DNA of 64,000 nucleotides from Piromyces finnis finn (lineage: Eukaryota; Fungi; Neocallimastigomycota): contig MCFH01000059.1 in assembly GCA_002104945.1 (NCBI GenBank), positions 1 to 64,000 on the forward strand. Direction: 5' to 3'. Below, piece by piece: positions 49,901-64,000 of the stretch. Under the pieces are notes generated by a model, which was not told where the DNA came from, did no database searches, and was given only the letters and a program-made list of their open reading frames with translations. The stretch's first letter is position 1. Every line of letters starts with the position of its first letter. The position numbers and the translations under genes are program-made.

Positions 49901-50380
49901 ATAGACTATATATTATATAAATTAATGATTTCGATATAAGCAAATAAACAACTTATATAAGTGTATCATTCTACCTTTTTTATTTTTTTTTTTGAATTGA
50001 CAATACAAATTTAAATAATATATCCTTTAATAATAATATAATAACAATGCTTCTTTTTATGCCAATCCAAAGTAAAAGTAAAATAGTAAGTAATAATAAG
50101 TAATTCATTTATTTCTTTATTAAATACAACAAACATTTCAATGTAACAATAATGATTTTAAAATACATGAATTATCTTATATTCATTTAATAATAATAAA
50201 AAAAAATAAAAAAATTTATCTTTATGAAAAGATTTTTAAACTTGTATTTTAATTATTATTTTAAAATAGTATTAAGCTTCAAAGAAATAATGATTTTAAA
50301 AATATAATTAATATTAATCTTTTTATTTAATTATTATGGTGAGAGTCAAATATAATTAAATTCTTATTTTTCTATATTAT

Positions 50381-50887
50381 CTATTCCTTTTTTTCTAATT
50401 TTTCCAATCTTTCTTTAATACTACTGACTTCATTTAATAAATGTTTCAATTTTTCACAGATAGTTTCCATGAAATCGGGATCATTTTTCAATTCCTTTTT
50501 TAACTTAAGATTGAATTTTATAGGATCATAACCACAAATCTTATAATTAAATTTAACAATTATGGCGTCTTCATAATCATCCTTTTCTATAGTAACTTTA
50601 TTTTCTTGAAAGCATTCATGAATAAATGAGACTTTTGAATTTATGGTTGGATAAATTTGATGAAATATTTGATTCCTTAATACAGGATCATTATTACAAT
50701 TCATTATTGTTTTATAAATATAGTATGAAAATTCGTTTATTTCCTCAATAACTATGATAATAACATTTACATTTTCTATAGTATTAAGAGAAATATATAC
50801 TTTGTATGATTTTCCTTCACTAATAAAATTAACTAAATAATTGATATCCTTTACCGATTTTACAATTTCGGTGTTGCTTGGAGCCAT
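50381..50887 (-). CDS. Tandem orphan family protein (copy D)
   Basis: 168-aa ORF homologous to copy B along its length, with conserved flanks. Confidence 0.8.
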   Translation of the reverse strand: MAPSNTEIVKSVKDINYLVNFISEGKSYKVYISLNTIENVNVIIIVIEEINEFSYYIYKTIMNCNNDPVLRNQIFHQIYPTINSKVSFIHECFQENKVTIEKDDYEDAIIVKFNYKICGYDPIKFNLKLKKELKNDPDFMETICEKLKHLLNEVSSIKERLEKLEKKE

Positions 50888-53679
50888 TTTTTAGTTTAAT
50901 AATAATAAACCTTATATAAATAAATATATAATGATTTAGTTAAATGTAAATAAATATTTTTTATTTTATACTTTTTTTTTTATATATTTAAAATATTTAC
51001 CTCTTTTTTTTATAATATAAAGAATTTAAAAAGAGAATCTTTCTTCTTTTTATACTAAAAATGATATTTTTTAAATTAAAAAACCGGTTTTTTTTTTTTT
51101 TAATAGTTAGATAAAATACTTTAATATATTTTCTATAATTTTCTGGACGAAATATTTTCTTCTTTTTTTAATATATTCATTGATTTAAAAATAAATAATA
51201 ATATATAAATTAAAATATTAGAAGAAAAATACAATAAAATATGAAAGACCGATTTATTAATATATTTTATAATTGATTATTTTTTTAATCATACAATGAT
51301 AAAAAAGATTTTTTTTTTTATTATAATGTATTTCCAAATAATTACAATATTAGACATGTTTTAATTGACTTTATTTAATAAATGTGTCCATTATTCAATT
51401 ATCCAATATATGTAATGATTCATTAAATGTATTAATAATTAATAATTAATGATTATATATTTAATTGTAGCATTTTATAATAACGATACTATTTTTTTTT
51501 TTTTAAATATTTTTAACTAATTTCTTAATTATAAAGTTTAAATATATTAAATATTGTTGTAATATTTTTAAGGAAAAAAAATTATATTTGTTGTTGAAAT
51601 TATATAAATATACTTTTTTTTTTTTTTTTTTTTAAAATTTAAATGTTAAATTTAAATTTTATTACTATTTGAAGTATTAAATGGTGAAGAAACTATATTA
51701 TCAAAAAGTGATTTAGTAGAAAATATATTGAATACAAGCTCATTAACTGTAGATATTTTTTGCAATGCATTTTCATAGACACAAGTACCTAATAAATTAA
51801 TTAAAAGGTGTATTTGTGTATGAATATTATTATTTTGATAAAGTATATATCAGAACTTTTATGGTATGTTTTAATTGCTCGAGATAAAATTAAAACGTAT
51901 AAAAAATTTTTTTTTTTATTTTTTAGCAAAGGAAAGATTATAAAAAACAATTTATTTTTTCTTATATCTATTTTAACTTTTATAATGGAAAGAAACAATA
52001 TTCATATGGATAATATTACTTTATAATTATAATGATATAAAAAATAATAAATTTTTATACTTTTCTTTTTCTTATAAAGTATGTAATAATCAATGCTTTT
52101 ATTTCTTTTTATTATTTATCAATTATTAAAATATTTTAAAAAATTAGAGAATAATAATTAAAAAAAATAAATAATAGTTATAATAATAGTAGTAATAACT
52201 GTTAACATAGTTTTAAAAAATGTTTTTCTTTTACTCCAAAATTAAAAGTTAATGGATTAAATAACAAATGAAAATGAAATATTTCAATTTTAATAATAAA
52301 AAAATATCCCACTTTCTTTTCTTTTTATTATTAATTAAAGTTTTCATTTCATTTGATTTTTAAAATTTTATTTGATAAAAAAATAAATGAAATGAAACAT
52401 AACAATCAATAAAAAAATATTTAAAGTTACACAAAATAAATTAAAATTATAAATAAAAAAAATTAATAATAAAAAAAATTTACTCAAAAATTAAGAAGGA
52501 ATATTATTAAAATATCACTTTTACAAAAATTCGGTTTTGAATGATAAACATATAATTAAAGGTTTAAATAAAAATTTTACATTAATATTTCATTTAATTA
52601 CCTTGTATAATCTTTGTATTTTTGAAAAATAAAAACTCTTTTTTTTTAAAAAGAAATATATTATTAGTCATCCTTTTTATAAATATATTAATTTATTATT
52701 TGATCAATATAATTTAAGATATATTACAATAATATTTAATTATATTAAAATCATTAATTAAATATTAAAAAATTTTAATAAAAAATTTCCCTGTAAAAAA
52801 TTAGTTTGATTTAGTATTATTATAATTAAAAGTTCGATTTTAAATTTGGTTATATTAATTTGAAGAATGTTATAAGTGATCGGTCGGTTATGCATTAGGT
52901 TTTATAGATGAATTATTAGAATATCTTTATTTAACATGACTATTGATATATAATCATCAAATTCGAAAAAAAATATATTTATACATATATGTAAATTTCT
53001 ACTATTTAGTATTTTATAAAATGCTTATTGCTTATTAATATTATCTGTAAAAATAAAGATATAAGATATTCAGATATTCAATAGACAATATAGTATTAAC
53101 TAATATTTAATATATTAATATATTATACAATAGATAATACAATATATAAAATATAATAAAATAATATATTTATTAATTAAAATATATTAATTTTAATATT
53201 AAAAATTTTTATTTAAAAAATGAAATCTTTATTGATTAAAAAAAAAAAAAAAAGATAAGGAGGAGAAGGATAAGGATCTAAAAGTAAAAAAGTAAAAAAA
53301 GAATAAAGTAATCGCCAGTATTTATTTGCTATTCTTATTTATTACAAGAGATAATAATAGCAAGTATTTAATAAAAATATATAAAAGTAACAACTTAAAA
53401 AACTAATTATAATTGACCGCTTCAATCTAATTAGTTTTATCACTATCTTGTGAATTTAAAGAACAAATTATTGAAAATATTACAAAATCATTTTACTTGA
53501 AGAAAACATAGAAAAAAAGAATAATATCTAAATATGAAAATATAATTTAAAAAGTAAAATGATTAATTATTTATTCTAAGTTTTTAACTTAATTTTTACG
53601 TTAACTGAAACAATTTAAAAAAAAAAAATAAAGCATTTATATTTTAATACATTAACCAGTGTAAATTTATTTATTTATT

Positions 53680-53710
<31 letters not shown>

Positions 53711-53943
53711 CGGTATGTATATTCAATATTATGTTTTTTAAATATTTATTAATTATGAAAATTAAAAAAGTTTATTAATTTTTTATATTTTAAATATAAT
53801 ATTAAACCTTTAAATGCAATTACTATTTCATTAGCATATCTACAATATTATATAGTAAAAAACATATTTAAGCTTGATTCATAATTTATTTATTTAATTT
53901 AAAAGCCAACAATTAATAGATTATATACTATAAACAAAAAATT

Positions 53944-54261
53944 ATGACTTCGAATAATATTTCTTTAGTAAAATTATACATTTTTATTGTAATGCTTATT
54001 CTAAAGGTCTTTGCTGGAAAAGACTATTCTATGGAAAAGGAAGAAATCAAATATAAAAACCCATTTATATATAATATTACAGATAAAAATTTCACAGAGA
54101 TTGTAAATAAAAACGATGATTCAATATTAAGAAACTTTGATACATCTATATTATATGTAATTTTGCTATTTGTCATTGTTATTTTAGGATTAAAATGTTT
54201 GATAAGTATCATATCTAGACAAATTAAAGAGGAAATGAGAAATGATTATTTACTTATATAA
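53944..54261 (+). CDS. Small putative single-pass membrane protein
   Basis: 105-aa ATG ORF with an N-terminal hydrophobic stretch ending VFA and a second TM-like segment (ILYVILLFVIVILGLKCLISII). It could be spurious in AT-rich DNA. Confidence 0.45.
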   Translation: MTSNNISLVKLYIFIVMLILKVFAGKDYSMEKEEIKYKNPFIYNITDKNFTEIVNKNDDSILRNFDTSILYVILLFVIVILGLKCLISIISRQIKEEMRNDYLLI

Positions 54262-55815
54262 TTCAATAGGAATATTTAAATAATATATATTTAAATATTA
54301 ATGAAAAAGTTACGTTCAATCCTAAGTCTATTAAAGTCAAAAAAAAAAAAAAAAAGGCTATCGATTTTTTATATTAATATATAAAAAAATATTCAGTAAA
54401 AATTTGTTATAAAATGTTGTTCTCTTTTCATTAATTTATTATAAACTTTTTATACACTTATTTCAATAATAGTATTTATACAGCTACATAATTCATTTTA
54501 AGAGTACATATTATTATTATTATTTTTTTTTTTAAAAAAAATAAGAAAGTAAATAAAAAAGTAAATAAATTACAATTTAAAACATTCAGTATTAATAAGT
54601 TAAATGAATATATATATGCCATTGGAAAAATGTTGAAGAAAGTAAAATATAATTACAGATGTTGTTTGTAATTAATGTGTAAAAATGTGAAAAATTATTA
54701 AATTATATATTTAAAAATGTATATTTAAAGCACACATACTTTTTAGTAATGTAAGTTAAATTATAAATAAAAGATACTAAAATATATTTGAATATTTTGA
54801 ATCTTGTATATATCAGAATTAGAGTTAATAAAAAAATATTTTTTTTTTTTTTTTTTTTTTTTAAATGATGGATAAATCTAGTCTCCTAAGATAATGGAAT
54901 AGCATTTATGTATTTTCTATTGTATTTTGAATTACATATTGAATATAATACTCTAAACAACAGTATTATATTCAATAATACTGTTGTTTAGAGTACAATT
55001 TCAAAGTGTAATTCAATAAAGGACAATCATTATTAAAGCTTTTATTATGGCTTGTAATAATTGTACTTGTAGCTTTTATTTTGTTTTTATTATTGGAAGT
55101 TGAAAGACAAAAAAGATATTTGGATATGCATACATAAAATGATATAGGATAATTAATAATAATCCAGAAAAGATTATCTTCGAGTAATGAAAAGTATTAG
55201 AGAGTTGAACTTTACTCTTTATTTATTAAACAATTAAATACTTTTTTTTTTTTTATAGATAATATTTATATCCTTATTTTTTGATTAGAACTTTTTTTTT
55301 TTTTTTTATTTTAATTTGGTGTATTGATGTATTCTATAGTAATTAAAAATTAATTTAAATTTTTATAATAAATATATATTAAAAGATTAAAGAATAATAT
55401 TTAAAGAAAAGTCTTTTAAAATTTAATTCATTGAATTTTATTTTTTATTTTATTTTTTTTTTTTTTTAAAAGGTTTTATTAATTATACCATTAAAATAAC
55501 AAATATTAATAAACAAATTAAAAGAAAAGAAAAGAAAAGAAAAAAAAAAAAAAAACAACAACGAAGCATAAATATATATAATATATCCTAAGAATATAAT
55601 TATTTATAATATATTTCATCATTGGTTAAATTTTTGGAATTGATTTAAATTAAAAGTTAACTACAAGCAAATAAACATTAATACTTAGTATAAAATCATA
55701 CTTTATAAAAGAATTGCCTTTTTTTTTTTTTTTTTTTTTTTCCCAATTCATATTAAAAAGATAATAAAAATTAGTTGTAATTGAACAAATTTGCAGTATT
55801 GAAATAACAATTACT

Positions 55816-56570
55816 ATGGTGGACAAAATCAATTCCGCGTTTCCCTCTTGGATTAGTTATCAATTAATACCTTCTGATTTTGGTTGTTTTACCGGTGAAC
55901 GAATATTTAATAAAAATTCAGGTAAAATTATATAAAATTATTAAGTAATTTATATATATATATATATAATAATTCAAAATTGTAATTTTTATTAAGTATA
56001 ATTATTAATTTTTATGACGAAAATTATTCGATTATATAATTTCAAATTTTATTATTACTAATAATTGATTGCCTTTTTTTTTTTTATCTATTAAAAAGAT
56101 AAATTAACATTAGAAACTCATAAATCAATCAAAAAAATTTATACTTCATCAAATAATTATATTTATAAAAATAGTAATATAAAAACAAAGGTAGTATAAA
56201 TCAAGAAATTTAATAATGAATTGTAGAATTAATTGAAAATTTTCTGTAATGTATTAATTTAGCATTGCTAACATGTACAATTATTTCATAATTATTTTTA
56301 CTCTCAATTTTATATAATTATTATTTTTAATGATAAAGTTAAATTGTGATTATTATCGTAGCAATTATGGTTCGGCTTATGTACCAGATAAAATTATTAA
56401 TAATATTTTTGAAAAAGAAGGGCAAAATGAAAATGATTTGTATTTTAATGCCAATACTAATAATAATTTAATTCCAAAAAATTTACTCACTTTATACCAA
56501 ACATCTGGAGGGAATCAAAATAAAACTTATTTAATTTCAGTATCAGGAACTTATGATTCAGAAATATGTA

Positions 56571-56612
<42 letters not shown>

Positions 56613-57394
56613 TTTAAAAAAAAATAAAAATAAAATTCTAAATCAATAAAATTAGTATGAATTTAAAATAAATTATTTAAAAAGGAAACAATCCATGTTT
56701 TGAATTTATTTTTAGTGCATTTAAATTTATTATTTCATTCAATGAATTAATTTTAACATTAAATATAACAATATATAATAATATACTCTTTCTCCCCTAA
56801 TTTATAAATTAAATAGCATTTTATAACTTTAATAAAGAAAAAAATGATGAAAAATGCCATTTACTTTCAAATAATCATCCGTTAAAATTTAAAAATAGTA
56901 TAAATCAAATTACCAATGTTGTTTCTCAAAATGGAATATCAGTTTTTGGTGTTAAGCTTCCTGATAAAGTTTCCTTTATTCAATTTGATTTATCATCAAC
57001 CAATAATAATGATAATGAAAGAGTTTATACCTCCTTTTTCGGTCATTATCAAAGCTTATATACTTCTATTGCTTCAATTGACATTAATCGTTACCAAATT
57101 GAAGAAGCTGTTATTACTGAAAATGATGGTATAGTAAAACTTTTTAATATAAATACCCAAAGGTAAGAAAAATAAAGCAATGAATAAATATATTTTAAAT
57201 ATATACTAATTTATAAATATAATCGTTTTATTTTATATTTTTTATATTCATCATTATCATAATTATTTTTTGAATAGTCATGACATTATAAATACCCATA
57301 ATAATTATACATTTAATGATTGTGCTTATATGAATCATCCAAAGTTATTACTTTATACCAATAATAAATCTATAAATTTATTAGATTCAAGAGT

Positions 57395-57450
<56 letters not shown>

Positions 57451-60400
57451 ATAATTCATTCTCATAAGGAATCTAAATATTAATTTTTTTTCTTCATATT
57501 TTATTATTCACTTTCATTTTTAATTATATTTAAAAAGATACCAAGAGGATGTAATAGTCGAGAAATAAATGTATTATTTGACCCAAATAAAAACTTTTTT
57601 ATATCCAAACCACACCCTATCAATGTAAAAAATGTATATACTCTTACTGAAAATGAGATTTTATTGCATGATATTCGTTACTCTAAACATCCACTTCTTT
57701 CCATTAATCATAATTATGGTGATAATATTCCAAATGGAATGGACATCACTCCTACATATTATAATAATTTAGCATCAGGTAAAAAAAAAAAAAAAAAAAA
57801 AAAATAAAAGTAGAGATATAAGAATTTTTATTTTAACAATTTAAGCAAATATCTTTATTAATTATTATTATTATTATTTAAAGATATGGTATTTTTATGG
57901 AATTCTTATACTGGTGCTAGTGCTATAAATATTATTCACCCATATTCTAAAAATAAAAATAATGAAACCCAATATGATGTACCATTTATTAATCATTACA
58001 ATTTTTCTATTGAATCATATAATCAAGAACATTATTCTACCAAAGAATTACTTTCCAAAAAACAATATTTAAAAATTAATTCTGAAGATCTCATTCACCA
58101 TTCTTCACCTTTGAAAGGTTTCACAAGCCTTTCCTCACATCATGATACCAATACTGATGAAATTCATATATTTCAACTGTCGGATCGTGGTAATATCTTT
58201 TATAATACATTACTAGTAAAATGTCATACTAAATCAACCTTATCAAATGATGCTAAAGAAAATGTATCAGCAACAAATTTTTCATCAAGTGTTCTTTCAT
58301 TAAATGACTATGATAAAAATTCGAAATTATTTAGTGTTCCTTTAGAAAAGAAAGTAATATCACCATTATCAAAAAGCATATCCCAACTTACTTTAGTTAA
58401 TGAAGATTCTTCTTCTTTTGACTCCTTTCTTAATCCTTCACAAAATAATACCTTCGATTCTAGCAGTCAAAATACAATAATAAATGAACAAGATGATTCT
58501 CAAGGAAATCAAAAATTAAACATTAATAATTTATTATTATTAGAAGATGAAAGTGAAGAAGAGGAAACCAAAAGCATGAAAAATGATAATCATGATGATT
58601 TATCTAGTCCAGATATGACTTTTACCACATTATCATCTTCACATTCTCGTCAATCACGGGATCGTAAAAATTCAGTTCCTTCTTTATCATTAAGTGAGGA
58701 TGCTAATCTTGAAAATACAGTTAATTTAAATAATTTACCAATTGATAAGAAAAAACCAGCGAGTAAAAAAATGAAAGATAAAATTGAAGTAAAAACTTCA
58801 ATTGAGGATCGAAAAAACTTTATTAACAATGAATCTATGGTGCGTGATCGTATGGCGTATAGTTCACAAGATTACACATCTCTATATCAATATCTTACTA
58901 AGGATACATTACTTCCTCGAGATATTTCTTCTATACATGGATTTATTCAATATTTTAATCGGGAAGTTATTCAACATGAAGTAAAGGATAGTGTTAATTT
59001 AATGAAAAATAATATTATGGTGAAATCATTGTAAGTTGCCTATTTAAATAATATTAAATTTAAGTAAAAACATGTTTTTTTTTAAATTAATTATTATTAA
59101 TTTTTTTTTATTTAAGAAATGAAATACATCAAAGATTATCTGATCATGACAATCAATATTCTAGTTCTACAAAAACAATGACTGAACTTCCTGAACAAAA
59201 TTATAACCCAAATATTGATTGGACTAATCCACTTTTTAGAAAAGAATTCAATCAATTATTAAAAAAATATTTCCCAAAAGAAAAAATTATTAAAATAAAT
59301 CAACGTTTTCTTCCTTTTAAAGAATGCGATGAAGATTTGGTAAATTTTTTCAAGCTCAGAGAAAGCTTAGATATAGTATTACCTAACCAAGAAACTTTTC
59401 AACCATCAGATTCATGTTATGATGAAAATGGACAAGTTAGTGGTCATGAAGCGTTAAAAAATTTTATAGCCTATTCTATTTGGTCAGCATCTCAAGTTTG
59501 TAATCCTCATCATGAAACAGAGATTTCTCATGAATCTATCTATCGAATGATTCATGATTATCTAGAAGAATTAAGTCTCAATCAAGTTTCTCTGGATAAT
59601 AAAGCAAATGAGAATAAAGATGAAGTTGATAATGATAATAAAGATAAAACTATATCGAAAAAACAACAATTCCAAGAACACACTTCGGATGAATTTCAAG
59701 CGTTAATTGAAGCATTTAGTGAGTACGAGAAAGCCTATAATAAATACAAAAATGCTAAACGTGTCGTATCAAAAAAAGAAAAGGAATTAGGTGTAGATTT
59801 AATTTCAAAAAAGTATTATGAATTGGAAGAAGAAAAAGAAGGAATAGAAGAAAATCAAGAAGGAGAAAATAAAGATGAAATGAATAATCATGAAATAAAT
59901 GAAGTGAAATCAAATCTAAGAATAAAGCTAAAAACGAAGCATCTACCAAAAGAAAAGAAAAAATTACGAAAGAAATGGAAGAAAAAAATGAAATCAGAAT
60001 TAAGACGAATTCGAAAATTTGATCGAGAAGTACTTCCCTTTGTAAAACGAAAATTATTTGTATCTGAATTATCACCCTATGTTATACCCATTTCTGAGCA
60101 AACACGTATTTTATTAAGTCATTATGAACATGAAAATCTAGTTTTGCCAAATCAACAAAAAGGACGAGAAAGTAAAGATAATTACTCTGATTTTGTAAAT
60201 GAAAAGGAAGAATTGTATAATAATTATACCAAAGATTCTTCTTTATCCTTTAAAAAAGAAGAAAAGAATCCATGGGCATATTTAGAAAATATTGATTTAG
60301 ATCAATTGATTCAAGATGATAGTGAAAACTTTAAATTCAATCAAAAAGAAAAAGAGGATGATGAATTTTTAAGTTATATGAAATCTCAAAATCTTATCAA

Positions 60401-61784
60401 AGAAGATTTAGAAAATAATGAAAATAGAATGATAGTCAAAGAAGAAGAGGAACATACGAACTCATTGAATCATAATTCTGAAATGTCTGATAGGTTGCAG
60501 GAAAATGATATAAATACCCAACTAATTGAAGATTCCAATTCAATATCAACAATGGAGCATAATATAAGAAATATGAATAATAATACTGAAGAAGATATAA
60601 AGGTTGATACCACTAATGAAAAAGGAAGTAATTTACCAAGTTTACAAGATCGACAAAAAGAGAATACCAATGATACTCTTCAAGAAATTATTATTCGAGA
60701 TGTAAAAGAAAATGAATTAACTAAAAATGAAACGGAAAGTATTTCTATGAGAATTGATCATACAGAAAAACAAAATTCGTTAGAATTCATTTCTCCCACA
60801 CCCGATTATTTCTCTAATCTCATTTCAGAATCGATAGAGGATTTAGACCCCATGATCCATTCTCAATTTAATAATATTGAAAAGAAAATAAGTACTCCAA
60901 TATCAAATGAGAATGACCAAAAAGATAAAACAAAGGAAACTATTGTGATGACAGAAGAGAATAAGAACAAAGAAATAGATCCTAAAGAGAATGAAAATAA
61001 AGAAAAAATAAAGGCTATGATAGAAAGTACTGAAAATGAGATTAATGTATTAATAAATGAAAAAGATAAACAAGTTGATTTTGTAAAAGAAGGTGAAAAA
61101 GAAGAAAATAGAATTGAAATTGACGAAAAAGATGAAGAAGACAACTCTCATCCAACAACAACACCAACAATTTATCAATCCTTCCCTAATATCTTTAATA
61201 CTGAACAATATAAACAACTTTTACTACATCATCCAGATCTTTGTAACATTCATATTAATACTCAATATCTTTCTATTCTTTTTGATATTTCTCTATTAGG
61301 CATGAATTATTTTAATATCGAGAAAAAAAGTAATAATAGATCACGTTCTCATTCTCATAACCATAAAAATTCTTTAAAGCCAAATCAAATACAGTCCCAT
61401 TCCTTTTCTCTTGTTCCTTCTAAACGGTCTTATTCAAGTTCACATACCAGCGGCTTATTCCACCAAAATTATCAAGAATCAAAATTAAGAAAGTTAGCCT
61501 CACCTCCATCTTCTGGATCATCAAAACCAATGTCATTATTATTTGAAGAACCAGAGCCTAATTCCAATTTCCAAGAAGATCATTCTTTAATACATTCTAA
61601 ATTGAAAAAAGAGGTATCTTTTGGCGATGGTGCCACTCCATCTACTCCTACTAAAATTAAAAATTCTAACTTGGAACAATCTCAAGCTAGTTCTTCAATA
61701 CCAATTGTTATACCTTTTTCAAATGATACCATCCATACTAATCATGAAATATTTCATCGAAAAAGAAGACGTTATGCTTTTTAA
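55816..61784 (+). CDS. RRN6: Probable RNA polymerase I core factor subunit RRN6/TAF1C with long low-complexity C-terminus; multi-exon
   Basis: Start MVDKINSAFPSW at 55816 is tentative. Exon peptides CAYMNHPKLLLYTNNKSINLLDSR (~57320-57392) and YTLTENEILLHDIRYSKHPLLSINH (~57640-57712) resemble recalled TAF1C motifs ADFTAHPRVLTVGDRTGVKMLD and LYLVDERLPLVPMLKWNH. Continues through ORFs 57886-59034 and 59178-61784. Confidence 0.62.
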
Positions 61785-62308
61785 AAAAAAAAAAAAAACT
61801 TTTTTTTATTTTTAAATCTCACCTTCTCCCCCCCCCAAAAAAAATGTATTATATCCAAGAATAAATTTTATATAAAAAAAAAAAAGAAAAAAAAAATTTT
61901 TATAATATTATTTAAATCTATTATATGTTTAAACGACAATAATTTTAAGTAATAATAGTATTTCTATTGAATATGTAGCTCTTATATTTTAAAATAACAA
62001 ATAATTTTTGATTTTATTTATCTTTTTTTTTTTTTTTTTTTTATTATATATATAAAAAATATTTTATATATTAAAATAAAAATTACTTTGCCTATTTATA
62101 AAATTTATTTTTTATTTGTGTATTTATTATTATTATCTATTTTTTTTTACCTATATGGAAAAGATGAAAACACACTAAAATATTTAAAAAAAAAAAAAAA
62201 AAAAAAAATAAAAATATAAAATTGTATCTTTTTGTAATAAATATTAATTATTTATTGGTATATAAAATTTAACAATTTCTTTCTTTTTCTTTTTTTTTTA
62301 TATACTTT

Positions 62309-62341
<33 letters not shown>

Positions 62342-62988
62342 ATTAATTATCTAATTCACAAAAAAATTAAAAATTTTCTATTTTTATAAAATGTTTTTTT
62401 TATTTTTTTATTTTATTTTTTTTATTTTTTTTTTTTTTTAATTTTATAAAACTATTTTTTTCAATTTCTATAATGGTATTAATTATATAATCATTTAAAA
62501 AGAATAACTTTTATAAAAGGTTATTAGTTAAAATAGTTTTATAAAATATATTTTTTCTTTTTCCTTTGTAATAATTATTTGTAAATAAGGTTTTAATTTT
62601 TTTTTTAATCTTTTTTTGTTTGTTTTAAAGTTGTTTTATTCCTTTTTCATCGTAAAAGTGAATGACTATTTTGATGATGTTTCATTTTTTATTTATTTTT
62701 ATTTTTTATTTTTTTTTTTTTTTCATTGTTTTTAATCATTATTTTATTTTATTTATTATTTTATTTTTTATTTTTTTATTTTTTTTTTTTTACTTTTATT
62801 TTGTTCTTATTTTTAATGTCTTTGATTGATGGATTTATCTTTTATCTAATATTCTTTAAACTATCTATAACTTGGTTATAATACTCATTTTATTAATCGA
62901 ATAGATGATACTATTTAATTGCTAAAAATATATATATAACTTTTTACTCTTTGGAATTTTTTTTTTCGGAAATAAATAAATAATAATA

Positions 62989-63019
<31 letters not shown>

Positions 63020-63660
63020 TTCTATATATATATATATTTTAATATTGATAAAGAATAAATACTTTTTTTATTCTTAGGTATAAAATAAAAAACTATATAT
63101 ATAAAAATATAGTTTAGTTAAAATGATTTATTTGGTATATTAAAAAAAGTATTTTCTTTTTTTCTAGGAAATCTGATGGGTTTTTCTTTCATTTATATTA
63201 TATATTACATATGTATATAAACTGTCTAGTCTTTTAACTGTTGAAGTGTTGATTAAATTTTATATATATTAAATAAAAACGATATATTATTATTATTATT
63301 ACTGTTATTATTTCTTTTGGTGATGGTGATAAAAATGTACTTTTATTAATTTCTAATAGAATCAAAAATATGATATATGTTAAAAAAAAAAAAAGAATTT
63401 AAAAATTTCAATGTTTTTATTACTTCTTTTTCCCTCTTTTGTAGCCTTAAATTTATTTTCAAATGATAAATAGAAATTTAAAACTTTATATTTTTTCTTT
63501 CTCCAATATAATTTCTACTTTATGACAATACCACTAATATTACCTTCTCCATAACCTTTCATTTTCTTATATTTTGATTTCTGCTTTTTTTTTTTTTTAA
63601 TTGTTTCTTTTTCCCTTTCTTCTTCCCCTTTATACATTTATAATCAGTGTCGTCATTTTT

Positions 63661-64000
63661 TTAATTCTTTGAAATTAAGGAATCAACCCATCCCATGATA
63701 TTATTTTGAATATCTTTCATATCATAAAGATGAAAAATTCTTAGTACAGCTTCCAATTCATTTAAATGATCCATTGTGTAATCAGTAAAGTTGTCTTGAA
63801 TGGAAGGACGATGTTGATAATCATCAACCAACTTCAGTGCTTGTATCCATTTCTCTGGAAGATTAGGATTAATACGTTGAATGGTATCATGAAGAGCTTC
63901 CATACGAATCTGATGATTTACTTTATGATTATTATTATGTAATATGTTAAGAATTGAAGATTCTGATGGTAACAATATACTTGCGGAAAAAGGATTAATT
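63661..64000 (-). CDS. Terminal part of an unknown gene running off the right edge
   Basis: The frame is open from the window end (INPFSASILLPSESS...GWVDSLISKN*), with coding-like GC content. Confidence 0.6.
   Translation of the reverse strand, partial: INPFSASILLPSESSILNILHNNNHKVNHQIRMEALHDTIQRINPNLPEKWIQALKLVDDYQHRPSIQDNFTDYTMDHLNELEAVLRIFHLYDMKDIQNNIMGWVDSLISKN

Overview
Extremely AT-rich, intron-containing eukaryotic DNA. The gene content (CotH, CBM1, CBM18-LRR, beta-helix/EGF/7TM receptor) is typical of an anaerobic gut fungus (Neocallimastigomycota; inference). The first 3.3 kb is a retrotransposon nest: a chromodomain Ty3/Gypsy element sits inside the integrase of a second, chromodomain-less Gypsy element, whose 3' LTR appears to end 17 bp upstream of tRNA-Cys(GCA). 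Next come two convergent, N-terminally truncated Sen1/UPF1-like SF1 helicase paralogs with a short degenerate 28S rRNA fragment between them. The minus-strand paralog can be spliced in frame, via three tandem-duplicated symmetric mini-exons, onto a divergent myosin-V cargo-binding (Dilute) domain. This is the most unusual architecture found, although that model carries two frameshifts and one in-frame TGA. The rest holds a DnaJ protein, a small HSP absent from the ORF track, a coiled-coil protein, a class C-like GPCR, a LINE endonuclease relic, an LRR-CBM18 protein, a CBM1 protein, a histidine phosphatase, a bacterial-like GT2, a GPI-type CotH, a tandem orphan gene family and a probable RRN6/TAF1C gene. 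All exon models and homologies were derived by hand and from recall, not by search. Several frameshifts sit in homopolymers and may be assembly errors.
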